From contig JBGSZS010000011.1 of NCBI GenBank assembly GCA_041750285.1, positions 64,001 to 128,000 on the forward strand: DNA of 64,000 nucleotides, written 5' to 3'. Positions 37,843-47,320 of the stretch are shown here, in pieces. Each line of letters opens with the position of its first letter. Within the stretch, counting starts at the first letter, position 1. The position numbers and the translations under genes were made by a program. This stretch comes from Candidatus Fermentibacteraceae bacterium (GTDB lineage Bacteria; Fermentibacterota; Fermentibacteria; Fermentibacterales; JCC-6). The notes beneath the pieces were generated by a model that saw nothing but the letters and a program-made list of their open reading frames with translations, did no database searches and was not told where the DNA came from.

Positions 37843-39239
37843 AGCGCACCGCATCGCTGGACATGACCCGCGGCTCGGTGACGGGCAGGCTCCTTCGCCT
37901 GGCCTGGCCGGTCATGGCGGCCCATCTGCTTCAGACCCTCTACAATCTGGCCGACGCCTTCTGGCTGGGGAAGCTGGGAAGACAGAGCCTCGTGGCGCCA
38001 ACAATCTCCATGAACGTCGTCTTCATTGCCATGGCGCTGGCGATGGGTCTCGGATCCGCCGGAACCACCCTTGTCTCCCAGTACAGGGGTGCCGGACGCG
38101 ATGATCTCGCCCGGAGGGCGGGAGGTCAGACCTTTCTCATCCTCTCCGTGATCGGGGTGATCCTGGGCATCATCGGCCTGCTTTTCGCCCCGGCGATACT
38201 GAGGCTTCTCAACACCCCCGCAGATTCCCTTGTCGAGACCCGGACATATCTGAACTGGATACTTGCCGGGCTTCCCCTGATGTTTCCCTTCTTCGTCTAC
38301 CAGGGCATAAGCACCGGACTTGGCAACACAATGGGCCCCCTTCAGGTAAGCCTTGTCACCGTGGTTCTGAACGCCGTCCTCGACCCCCTTCTCATCTTCG
38401 GGGCCGGTCCGGTCCCCGCCCTGGGTGTCACCGGCGCCGCGGCCGCAACGGTGTTCTGCCACTCCCTCGCTTCCGTGATAGGTACAGTGCGTCTGTTCAG
38501 GGGGCTTTCCGGCTTCAGGTTGAATGCGGCCAGCCTCAGACCGGAAGCTCAGACCATCTCAAGGCTCCTTTCCATCGGCCTTCCGACAAGCATCGGCCAG
38601 GCCGGGACCAGTCTGGGATTCACAGTGCTGCTCGGCATCGTGAATTCCTTCGGCAGTGCCGTGACAGCCGCCTTCGGAGTGGGGAACCGCATCATCCACC
38701 TCGCCCTCGTCCCAGCCATGGGCCTTTCCCAGGCGAATGCGGCCGCCGTCGGGCAGTGCCTCGGGGCCGGGCTTCCGGCAAGGGCCGCGAAGTCAACCTT
38801 CAGGGCTCTTCTTGTCATTGGTCTTCTGCTGCTTCCCATCACCGTACCGATGTTCTTCCTGGGTGGCGCCATATCGGGCCTGTTCGTAAACGACCCCGCT
38901 GTCATGGATGTCGGCAGGACCATGTTCCGCATCACCACTCCTTCCGTTTACGCCTTCGGTTTCGTCACGGTGCTCTTCGGCAGCTTCCAGGGGTCCGGCT
39001 TCACGCTTCCCGTAATGGTGCTGAACATGGCCAGGCTGTGGGTCCTGAGGATCCCGCTGGCGTACTTCCTTGCGTTTCACAGTTCTTTGGGAAGGGACGG
39101 GCTCTGGTGGGCCATGTTCGTCTCGAACGTGCTTACGGCTGCCGCAGGGGGGGTCTGGTTCGCCACAGGGACGTGGAAGAGGAAGTCCTCCGAGATCCTG
39201 GGGGCTTCATCACTTGCGTCCGAGGGGGCTTTGGAATAA
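37839..39239 (+). CDS. MATE family efflux transporter
   Basis: DMTRG, LYNLADAFWLGKLG, NAVLDPLLIFG, GVTGAAAAT; about 12 TM segments. Confidence 0.93.
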   Translation: MKRTASLDMTRGSVTGRLLRLAWPVMAAHLLQTLYNLADAFWLGKLGRQSLVAPTISMNVVFIAMALAMGLGSAGTTLVSQYRGAGRDDLARRAGGQTFLILSVIGVILGIIGLLFAPAILRLLNTPADSLVETRTYLNWILAGLPLMFPFFVYQGISTGLGNTMGPLQVSLVTVVLNAVLDPLLIFGAGPVPALGVTGAAAATVFCHSLASVIGTVRLFRGLSGFRLNAASLRPEAQTISRLLSIGLPTSIGQAGTSLGFTVLLGIVNSFGSAVTAAFGVGNRIIHLALVPAMGLSQANAAAVGQCLGAGLPARAAKSTFRALLVIGLLLLPITVPMFFLGGAISGLFVNDPAVMDVGRTMFRITTPSVYAFGFVTVLFGSFQGSGFTLPVMVLNMARLWVLRIPLAYFLAFHSSLGRDGLWWAMFVSNVLTAAAGGVWFATGTWKRKSSEILGASSLASEGALE

Positions 39240-39330
39240 GGTTGACATGCATGGAAAGAGACCGGGACGGATGAAGCGGGCGGTTCGGAGCCCTGCCTGA
39301 CATCAGGATCAGGAATGAGAGGAAGATAAA

Positions 39331-41571
39331 ATGACTGTTCTGCTGTTGGTTCTGGCCGCTCTGAGCGGTTTCAACGGAGAATGGCATTCCCTTGGCGGGG
39401 AATACCGTGGACTTGCCGTGGCTACTCCGCGTGATTTCACTCCCGAAGGTCTTTCGATAGACCTTTCCGTTCCCGGCTTCGGAATGGTCCCTGAGAACGG
39501 ATACACCAGGATCGAACTCCCCGGCTTCAACTGGGACACCGACCTTGCCCCGGGTTCACCCGAGCTTCCCGTGGTGCCCCTTGCCATAGGTATTCCCCCC
39601 GGTATGGAGGCGAGGGTGGCTTCAGTCGAGGCAACCTGGACCCCAGTCGGGTCTTTCAGCATCCACCCCGTTCAGCCCCTCGGATACGACAGCGATCCCC
39701 AACCACCTGCGTTCGTCGGGCTCTCAGGTGACCTCCAGGGAGTTCACCCCTCGGAAAACGCGGTTCTATCGGCTTCCCAGACCCTTTTCGGGCTGAATAC
39801 CGCGCGGCTGCTTCTGAACCCCTTCCGCTGGAACCCCGAAACAGGGCTTCTGGAGGCAGCAGCTTCCATGACAGTAAACATCTCCTTCGACGGAAGCCAG
39901 GGCATTCAGACACCCCTCGTGCCGGAGAGGGCCAGGATGCTCGAAAGCCTCGTAATCAACTTCGACCTGATGGAGATTCCCCTGAACCCTGAACCCATCA
40001 CGCAGGACGATGTTGTCTACATCGTGATAACGGTGGAGGAGAACCTTCCCGAGATCACCCCCCTGATTTCCATGGTGAATCTCATGGGGCACCGGGTGGT
40101 CATCGAGGTGCTGCCTCTCAACTCGACTCCGGCAGTGATAAAGGCAGCCATCCAGGCGCACTTCCAGGACGGAACGACAAGGTTCGCGTTGATCGCGGCC
40201 ACCCATCAGCAGCTGCCGTCGTTCAACTTCGGGCCGTTCTACGGCGACTACTACTACCAGACGCTCGACGGCGACAACCTGCCCGACATAGCCGTGGGCC
40301 GCTTTCCGGCAGGAGCCGGAAACCTGGCCAACATGATCGAAAAGTCCATGAGCTACTCCACCTTCACCGGCACCCCCGGGATGCCGTCGATCCCCGCAAC
40401 CGGAATGCTCTGCGCACACGAGGAGGAGTATCCCTCCAAGTACACGGCCAACAAGAACAACATCAAGAACTGGGACTACGCCATAATCGATCCCGTCTTC
40501 GACACTTTCTTCCCCCCCGAGGGAGCCACCCTGCAGCAGGTTCAGGAAAGGATCAATGCCGGTGTGGGCACCGTGAACTACCGCGGACACGGTTCCATAA
40601 CGACCTGGCAGTGGTCACCCGGCTGGAGCGCCGGATCCATTTACGCACTCACCAACACCTTTTTCCCGCCGGTGTTCAACATCGCGTGCGAGAACGGAAC
40701 CCACGACAAGAACTACAACTGTCTCTGCGAGAGCTGGCTTTATGCGGTTGGCAAGGGTGCGAGCGGAACCTGCGGCGCGAGCGCTCCCTCCGCGACCGTC
40801 GTGAACCACAGGTTCGACAGGGTTCTGTACTGGCAGCTCTACGACGAAGGCAACACCTGCGCAGCTGAGACCCATGCCGCAGCCCAGGCCGACATAGTCA
40901 CCCTCTACGGTGCGTCGGGACTGGAGAATGCCAGGATGTACCACTGGTTCGGCGATCCATCGATGGACATCTTCAACTGTGACGAAACCGGATCTCCTTT
41001 TCCCCTTTCACTGTCCTGTCCTTCCCATGCCTTTGAGGGTGAGAATACGGTAACCGTGACAGTAACCTCCCAGGGAGCGCCGGTATCCGGAGCTGTAGTG
41101 ACGATCACAGACGGCATCGGCAATCACCCGGAACACCCCGAGACCTTCTACGTCCAGGCAACCACCGATGCCTCAGGGCAGGCTGAGTTGACTTTCAATG
41201 CGCAGGGCGGTTCGGAACTCATGGTCGGCGCCAGAAAGCACAATCTGACACCCGCCTTCGACACCATACAGACCTGGCCCCAGGGCATTCAGGGCTCCAC
41301 ACCCGACTCCGCCCTGCTCCTCCCTGCATCCCCCAACCCTTCGGCCTCCATCGTGCAGCTTGGAATGGACATTGCCGTTCCGGGTTTCTACAGCATTAGT
41401 GTGGTCGACCTGGCGGGCAGGATAGTCGAACCCGTTTCAAGCGGCGTCTTCGAAGCCGGACAGCACAGGTTCCAGCACTCGACTGAAGGGCTCGCACCCG
41501 GCCTTTACTTCGTGCTGCTTCAGGGAAACGGTTTCTCAGCGTCCACCCGGATGCTTGTCGTTGGCAGATGA
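39331..41571 (+). CDS. C25 (gingipain-family) cysteine peptidase with propeptide and T9SS-type C-terminal domain
   Basis: PGSPELPV propeptide; PDIAVGRF; catalytic NYRGHG and NIAC; FGDPS; tail SPNP...DLAGR...GLYFV. Confidence 0.92.
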   Translation: MTVLLLVLAALSGFNGEWHSLGGEYRGLAVATPRDFTPEGLSIDLSVPGFGMVPENGYTRIELPGFNWDTDLAPGSPELPVVPLAIGIPPGMEARVASVEATWTPVGSFSIHPVQPLGYDSDPQPPAFVGLSGDLQGVHPSENAVLSASQTLFGLNTARLLLNPFRWNPETGLLEAAASMTVNISFDGSQGIQTPLVPERARMLESLVINFDLMEIPLNPEPITQDDVVYIVITVEENLPEITPLISMVNLMGHRVVIEVLPLNSTPAVIKAAIQAHFQDGTTRFALIAATHQQLPSFNFGPFYGDYYYQTLDGDNLPDIAVGRFPAGAGNLANMIEKSMSYSTFTGTPGMPSIPATGMLCAHEEEYPSKYTANKNNIKNWDYAIIDPVFDTFFPPEGATLQQVQERINAGVGTVNYRGHGSITTWQWSPGWSAGSIYALTNTFFPPVFNIACENGTHDKNYNCLCESWLYAVGKGASGTCGASAPSATVVNHRFDRVLYWQLYDEGNTCAAETHAAAQADIVTLYGASGLENARMYHWFGDPSMDIFNCDETGSPFPLSLSCPSHAFEGENTVTVTVTSQGAPVSGAVVTITDGIGNHPEHPETFYVQATTDASGQAELTFNAQGGSELMVGARKHNLTPAFDTIQTWPQGIQGSTPDSALLLPASPNPSASIVQLGMDIAVPGFYSISVVDLAGRIVEPVSSGVFEAGQHRFQHSTEGLAPGLYFVLLQGNGFSASTRMLVVGR

Positions 41572-42476
41572 AAAATCCGGCGCCGATCCTGCTTTTTGCA
41601 TGCGCCTGCATGCAGGAACCCGGACCGGCGCCGCTGCACCCTTCATTCATCGCCGCTGAAAGGGCTCTGGGGCAGACACACTCGCAGAACTGCGTTTTCA
41701 CTTCCGACAACAGGTACGCAGTGGTGGGCGACGGCGGGTCGCTGCTGTTTCTCGAACTCGTTCACGGAAGGGTGCACGGCCTTGCCGTCCTCCCGTCACC
41801 AGTGCTTCATCTGACAACACAGCAGGGGCTTGGCGGTGTTCTTGCCATTACTGCCGATTCGCTCTACCTTGTCGTTCCGGGTTCATTCTCCGTAACGGAG
41901 CGCGCCTGGATCCCTTCCGGGGTCTCGGCCTGCGCCGTCTCGGGAAACAGGGTGTTCCTTGCCTTTGCCGACGGCGCTCTCCGTGGTTATGACCAGGAGA
42001 CCCTGGCAGAAGTGGTTGCCCGCTCTGTCTCTCCCGCCGTTTCATGTCTGGCGGGTTCACAGGGATACCTCACTGCGGCATCGGGTTCTCTTCTGTCATG
42101 CTATGAGCCTGAGCGGCTCGACCCCCTGGCGGAATACGGCGCATGGGGAGGGGTCTCACATCTCGCTTCAGCCGGAGATAACAGGGTCTGTGCCTCCGTC
42201 GGGGGAGGCAACGAGGTCGCCCTCTTCTCGGTCCCCGGGCTCGAGCTTCAGGAGATGTTCACGGTTCCCGGAACCCCGCTGGTTTCCGCTGTCCAGGAGG
42301 AACGGGAGTACGCCTTCGCGTACACCGACCAGGGCATCCTGGTGGTCGTCGGCTCGGGAGGCGGATTGGAATGGAGGACGACTGAGTTCGGCGAAGTGCT
42401 CGACATCGTCATCTCAAAGGACGGATGGAACGCCCTGCTGCTGTCGGAGAGTTCGATAACCATCCTTGAGAAGTAG
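41568..42476 (+). CDS. Beta-propeller (WD40/YVTN-like) exported protein
   Basis: Short lipoprotein-like N-terminus and repeated four-strand units; overlaps the C25 stop (ATGA). Confidence 0.7.
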   Translation: MKNPAPILLFACACMQEPGPAPLHPSFIAAERALGQTHSQNCVFTSDNRYAVVGDGGSLLFLELVHGRVHGLAVLPSPVLHLTTQQGLGGVLAITADSLYLVVPGSFSVTERAWIPSGVSACAVSGNRVFLAFADGALRGYDQETLAEVVARSVSPAVSCLAGSQGYLTAASGSLLSCYEPERLDPLAEYGAWGGVSHLASAGDNRVCASVGGGNEVALFSVPGLELQEMFTVPGTPLVSAVQEEREYAFAYTDQGILVVVGSGGGLEWRTTEFGEVLDIVISKDGWNALLLSESSITILEK

Positions 42477-42482
42477 AGGCGG

Positions 42483-43340
42483 TTACTCGCCGGGAACCTC
42501 TATCCTGACGGTGTTCCCTGCACGGTAGACAGAGAGGGCCACCGTTTCTCCAGTGTTTATGATGCCCCTGAGGGATTCGGGGTGGTAAACCCTCATTCCG
42601 CCGGCATCAATGACAAGGTCCCCGCTTCGAAGACCGCAGCCTTCCGCCCTCGAACCTTCGCATACGTCGACGATGAGAACGCCGGAAGGAGTCTCTTCGT
42701 CCATTTCCCCCAGGGTGTATGCCAGGGCCGAAACGCCGAATGGAGAACCCGAGCCCCTGACCCCGTTCACCAGGCTGCTGCTCCAGACGCTCCAGAGTTG
42801 GGAGGGAAGAAGGGCCAGCCTGTCATTTCCATCCCCGTCCGGAATGGTTCCGGTGACGATCCCGAGAAGGCGCCCCGAAGCGTCGTATGCGGCGGCACCC
42901 ATCAGCCCCGGGGCCGGTCCCATGGATAGAACGACGGAGCCGTCGTTCCTGGTGTCGGTCGTTCTGGTCTGAAGGAACGTGATCCCGTCGGAGCGGTATC
43001 CGGCAATGAATACCGCCTCCCCTGACACTGGAGCATCCAGCCGGGGGTCATTCCATCTCGAGAAAGGCTCACCGTCGAACACAAGCATGGCAAGACCGAG
43101 ATCGCGAAAAAGGATTGCGCTGTCGGGAAGAAGCCTGCCTTCGTCGGTTATGACGAAGGGCATGGCCCCGCTTGCGAAGCTGAAGAGCGTGACGGCATGG
43201 CTCGGGGAGACCGGAGCGCCGTTGCAGACTTCCACGAGTCCCATGGAATCGAGCCGCCCGAGTGCGATCACTGAGGGAGCGGCGTCCGGCATCTCCGGGA
43301 TGAACGCGCGCCCGGAGAGAACGAGAAGTAAGAGAAGCAT
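42483..43340 (-). CDS. HtrA-like trypsin-PDZ protein with degenerate catalytic motifs
   Basis: DLGLAML, PGLMGAAAYDASGRLLGI, PDZ GVLIVDV.EGS.AE.CGLRSGDLV. Confidence 0.75.
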   Translation of the reverse strand: MLLLLLVLSGRAFIPEMPDAAPSVIALGRLDSMGLVEVCNGAPVSPSHAVTLFSFASGAMPFVITDEGRLLPDSAILFRDLGLAMLVFDGEPFSRWNDPRLDAPVSGEAVFIAGYRSDGITFLQTRTTDTRNDGSVVLSMGPAPGLMGAAAYDASGRLLGIVTGTIPDGDGNDRLALLPSQLWSVWSSSLVNGVRGSGSPFGVSALAYTLGEMDEETPSGVLIVDVCEGSRAEGCGLRSGDLVIDAGGMRVYHPESLRGIINTGETVALSVYRAGNTVRIEVPGE

Positions 43341-43347
43341 CGGCCTC

Positions 43348-43785
43348 CTAGAACGTGGTTAGGGTCACGGGCCTTGTATAGGCCGACGGGGGGATCGGAG
43401 TGTACTGCTCTTCGGAGTTCCCGGAAGGGGATGCCGGCGCAACGGGGGGCATGAAGATCCTGGCGGCGAAGACAAGCATGGCAGCGAAAGGAATGATCAC
43501 CGCTGCCCTCCGCAGGAGTACAAACCTGGAACCTGCCCGGGTTTTAAGGGGGGACGTGTCATAATCGCGCAGTGAAAGCCTTGATCTTACAGCTGCCTCG
43601 AGGTTTTGGGGAGGGTTGAAGTCGGGGAGGGAAGCGACCGCCCCGGAAAGGGCCCGGGAGATCTCGAGAGCCCTCCGGCAATCCGCGCAGCCGTTGAGAT
43701 GAAAGCGGAGCATGCTTTCCTGCCTGGCATCGGTTTCACCGTCGATGCTGAGGCTTATCAATTCGAGGGCTTCACTGCATTTCAT
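43348..43785 (-). CDS. Zinc-finger (zf-HC2) anti-sigma factor
   Basis: C...IDGE...HLNGCADC plus one TM helix; ATG overlaps the sigma stop. Confidence 0.9.
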   Translation of the reverse strand: MKCSEALELISLSIDGETDARQESMLRFHLNGCADCRRALEISRALSGAVASLPDFNPPQNLEAAVRSRLSLRDYDTSPLKTRAGSRFVLLRRAAVIIPFAAMLVFAARIFMPPVAPASPSGNSEEQYTPIPPSAYTRPVTLTTF

Positions 43786-44375
43786 CGCCAATGCTCCCAT
43801 ACATCCTGCAGAGTTTCTCTAAGGGCCGCCCTGGCCCTGTTTATCCTGGATTTCACGGTACCTATCCTTATGTTCAATATTTCCGAAATCTCATCGTAGG
43901 ACAACCCTTCCTTCTCCCTGAGCAGGAAAGGCTCGCGGTAGTGGTGCGGGAGAAGGGAGATGGCTTTCTCCAGTTTCAGCTGAAGGTCCCGGCTGCCCTC
44001 CCTGTCGTGGGGTGAGTCGACCTCCTGAGTGGAGACAACGGCATTCTCGAGGGGAACGCTGTTCCAGCGGGAGCGCCGTCTCCATTCCTTCTTCGCCAGG
44101 TTGCTCGCTATGGTGAATATCCAGGTAACCAGAGGCCTTTCGGGGTCGTAGTTCGTGCGGTATCTATAAACCCTGCAGAATGTCACCTGGAGAAGTTCTT
44201 CAGCGTCGTCCTCGTTTCCGAGCATCCGAAGCAGGAGGGAGTAGACAGGTTTGCTGAACCTGTCCATGATTTCGCTGAAGGCGTCTTCATCGCCCCTGCA
44301 GAGGGCCACCATCAGTTCGGAATCAGCCCTGGAATCACGCTTCTTTTTCATCAGACCCGCAAGAAGCACTCCCAT
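43782..44375 (-). CDS. ECF RNA polymerase sigma factor (RpoE/SigW-like)
   Basis: DAEELLQVTF, TWIFTIASN, GLSYDEISEIL, GTVKSRINRAR; GGAGG RBS. Confidence 0.95.
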   Translation of the reverse strand: MGVLLAGLMKKKRDSRADSELMVALCRGDEDAFSEIMDRFSKPVYSLLLRMLGNEDDAEELLQVTFCRVYRYRTNYDPERPLVTWIFTIASNLAKKEWRRRSRWNSVPLENAVVSTQEVDSPHDREGSRDLQLKLEKAISLLPHHYREPFLLREKEGLSYDEISEILNIRIGTVKSRINRARAALRETLQDVWEHWR

Positions 44376-44484
44376 GTGTCAAACCTCCGGAGTATGATTT
44401 CACAATCTATTACCCCGTGGCCGACCTCTTGTTCCCGCTGCCGTTCCTTGACCCCGCGGCCCTTCCGTCGTAAGGATACACCCT

Positions 44485-46395
44485 ATGAAAAGGAAACCGG
44501 GAATCTCAGTTCTACGCAGGCTTGTCTCCTACGCCGCACCCTACAGGGGCAGGGTATGGCTGGCCATTTTTTTCTCGGTGGTGTTCGCGGTCTCAAGCGG
44601 CGCAACACTGGGTATGATACTTCCTCTGTTCGATGATGTCCTGACTCAGCGGGATGCGGGTTCCGACGCCCCCGGCCTTGCCGAAGCGATCCGGCGGGAG
44701 GCGGGCGCTTCGTGGAGAAGCTTCACCTCAGGCATCGGCAGGTCAGATCCCGCCGAGTCGGCCGCTCACCTGTCCGACACCGGGAAGGCACTGAGACGGG
44801 GTCTCAGGACAGCGGATCCCCGCCAGGCGCTTCTTGCGGTGATCATCATCGTCGTGGGACTGATCCTCCTCAAGAACTTCGCCGCCTTCATGCAGGCCTT
44901 CCACCTGACCCTGGTGGAGGAGAGGCTGCTGGAAGACCTGAGGGGCAGGATATACAAACACATCCTCGGCCTGCATCTGGGTTTCTTCACGGGCAGCAGG
45001 ACCGGTGAGCTCACCACCCTTCTCACGGCCGACGTCATGCGGATAAAGGGGGCAGTGACTCAGTCGCTTGTCACCGTACTGAAGGAAGCCGTTCTTCTCC
45101 TCGTATTCCTCTCCCTGGCACTTCTTTCGTCCTGGCGTCTGACGCTCGTCACATTCCTGGTATTCCCTCCGGGAATGGCCCTGATCACATCACTGGCAAG
45201 GAAGCTCAGGAAAAGCACCCACCGGTCCCAGGAGCGCATGGCTGACTTCGCGAGCGTCCTGCAGGAGTCCCTTGTGGGCATCCGGGTCGTGAAGGCTTTC
45301 GGAATGGAGGCGTTCGAGGAGGGCAGGTTCACCCTGGCATCTTCCGACCATCGCCGGCACGAACTGCACCTGCGGCGCGTGAAGGCTTTCTCGGGTCCCC
45401 TGACTGAAATCCTCGGAGCGGTGGTGAGCGCCGTCGTTCTCTGGTTCGGGGGAAGGGAGGTCATCCAGGGTGACGGCATGAGCGCCGGAAGATTCCTCGT
45501 CTTCCTCGCGGCAGTTCTGAGCATGATGGATCCGGTGAAGGCTTTGGGAAAGGCCTGGGCCGGCATTCAGGAGGGGCTTGCTTCCGCAGACCGCCTTTTT
45601 GGAATACTCGACACGAAACCACTTGTCGTTGACGCCGCCGCTCCCGTGCGCATCATGTCCTTTGACGACTGCATCGCCTTCAACGATGTCTCTTTCTCAT
45701 ATCTGCCGGGCAAGAGGGTCCTTCACAACGTGAACCTCACGATAAGGAAGGGGGAGATGGTTGCCCTTGTGGGACCGAGCGGCGGCGGCAAGAGCACTCT
45801 TGCGGACATGATCCCGCGCTTCCATGACCCGCTGTCCGGTTCGGTGACCATCGACGGCATGGACCTCAGATCAGTGGAGACCGCAAGCCTCAGACGGCTG
45901 CTTGGCCTTGTCACGCAGGAGACGATCCTGTTCAATGATACGGTTCGCAACAACATTGCCTATGGCAACCCCGAAACGCCCATCTCGGAGATTCACAGGG
46001 CTGCTGAGACTGCAAATGCCATGGAGTTCATCCAGAAACTGCCGAAGGGTTTCGACACCGTGATCGGTGAACGGGGCGCCACACTTTCCGGGGGACAGAG
46101 GCAAAGGCTGGCAATCGCCAGGGCCGTTCTCAAGAACCCGCCCATACTCGTTTTCGACGAGGCTACATCCAGTCTCGACACCCGCAGCGAGAAACTCGTA
46201 CAGAAAGCTGTGGAATGCCTTGTGGCCGGCAGGACATCGGTCGTCACCGCCCACAGGCTCAGCACCATCAGAAAGGCTGACCGCGTCATCTACATCGAGG
46301 ATGGCCGCATTCTCGAGGAGGGCACCCACGAATCCCTTCTCGCCAGGGGAGGCAGGTACCGCGCGCTCTATGAACTGCAGTTCGCAGAAGACTGA
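44485..46395 (+). CDS. msbA: MsbA-like ABC exporter (TMD-NBD fusion)
   Basis: GPSGGGKST, LSGGQRQR, FDEATS, AHRLST; adjacent to a GT9 gene. Confidence 0.8.
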   Translation: MKRKPGISVLRRLVSYAAPYRGRVWLAIFFSVVFAVSSGATLGMILPLFDDVLTQRDAGSDAPGLAEAIRREAGASWRSFTSGIGRSDPAESAAHLSDTGKALRRGLRTADPRQALLAVIIIVVGLILLKNFAAFMQAFHLTLVEERLLEDLRGRIYKHILGLHLGFFTGSRTGELTTLLTADVMRIKGAVTQSLVTVLKEAVLLLVFLSLALLSSWRLTLVTFLVFPPGMALITSLARKLRKSTHRSQERMADFASVLQESLVGIRVVKAFGMEAFEEGRFTLASSDHRRHELHLRRVKAFSGPLTEILGAVVSAVVLWFGGREVIQGDGMSAGRFLVFLAAVLSMMDPVKALGKAWAGIQEGLASADRLFGILDTKPLVVDAAAPVRIMSFDDCIAFNDVSFSYLPGKRVLHNVNLTIRKGEMVALVGPSGGGKSTLADMIPRFHDPLSGSVTIDGMDLRSVETASLRRLLGLVTQETILFNDTVRNNIAYGNPETPISEIHRAAETANAMEFIQKLPKGFDTVIGERGATLSGGQRQRLAIARAVLKNPPILVFDEATSSLDTRSEKLVQKAVECLVAGRTSVVTAHRLSTIRKADRVIYIEDGRILEEGTHESLLARGGRYRALYELQFAED

Positions 46396-47320
46396 CCATC
46401 TGCTGATTCGTCTGCACTCCCTGGGGGACGTCGTTCTGGCGGCGCCCACGGCAGCTGCCGCTGCGGCACACGGTTCGGCTGCCTTTCTGACCCGTACTGC
46501 CTTTCTTCCCGTCGTCCGCCGCTTCAGGGGAAGCGTAACCCCCATCGGGTGTGACGGCGGTGCCTTCCATCTGGCGCGGGCAGCCGCGGGACACCGCGGC
46601 GGGATCATCGTGGACCTTCAGAACAACATCCAGACAAGGCTTGCCTTTCCCCGGGCGAAACGGTTTCGTTTCGACAGGGCCCTGAGAAGAAGGATCATCG
46701 CCCTGGGGCGGAACGCGGGCGAAATGCCCTTTCGTCCCGAGGCATTCCTGAAAGCTGCGGGCTTCTCCGGTCATGACCCCGAACCCAGGCTGGAACGGCA
46801 TGCCTGCCCCCCACGACATGGCTTCACCGTTGGGATAGTAACGGGCGGGCGATGGCCCCTCAAGGCACTGCCCGAAGCGGTCGCCGCCGAACTTGCAAGG
46901 CTTTTCTGCGATCTCGAAGGAGCCCGGGTCTTCCTGCTCGGTGACCGTCCGGACCTGCCGGAAGCGGGGAGGATCCTCGAATCCTGCGGAAGCAGGGATG
47001 TTCTGAACGTTTGTGGCGAGGGAGATGTGGAAACCCTTCTTAAAAGGATCGAGGGGCTCGATCTGCTCGTTTCCCCCGACTCGGGGCCCGGGCACCTTGC
47101 AAGGGGCCTCGGCGTGCCCACGCTGGTGGTCTTCACATCGACATCGCCGAGGCTCGGTTTCTGGAAGCGCTCCGCAAAGGACTGCCATGAAGTACCGGGT
47201 GTCCCCTGCAGGCCGTGCCACAGGCACGGAGGGAGGGAATGCCCCCTTGGTGTGGCCGCCTGCCGCACCAGGCTCGTTCCCCGGGAGATCCACGACCTTG
47301 CGATCGGGCTGACAAGGTGA
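46370..47320 (+). CDS. Glycosyltransferase family 9 (LPS heptosyltransferase-like)
   Basis: LIRLHSLGDVVL, VDLQ, DSGPGHLA, CRPC. Confidence 0.9.
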   Translation: MNCSSQKTDHLLIRLHSLGDVVLAAPTAAAAAAHGSAAFLTRTAFLPVVRRFRGSVTPIGCDGGAFHLARAAAGHRGGIIVDLQNNIQTRLAFPRAKRFRFDRALRRRIIALGRNAGEMPFRPEAFLKAAGFSGHDPEPRLERHACPPRHGFTVGIVTGGRWPLKALPEAVAAELARLFCDLEGARVFLLGDRPDLPEAGRILESCGSRDVLNVCGEGDVETLLKRIEGLDLLVSPDSGPGHLARGLGVPTLVVFTSTSPRLGFWKRSAKDCHEVPGVPCRPCHRHGGRECPLGVAACRTRLVPREIHDLAIGLTR

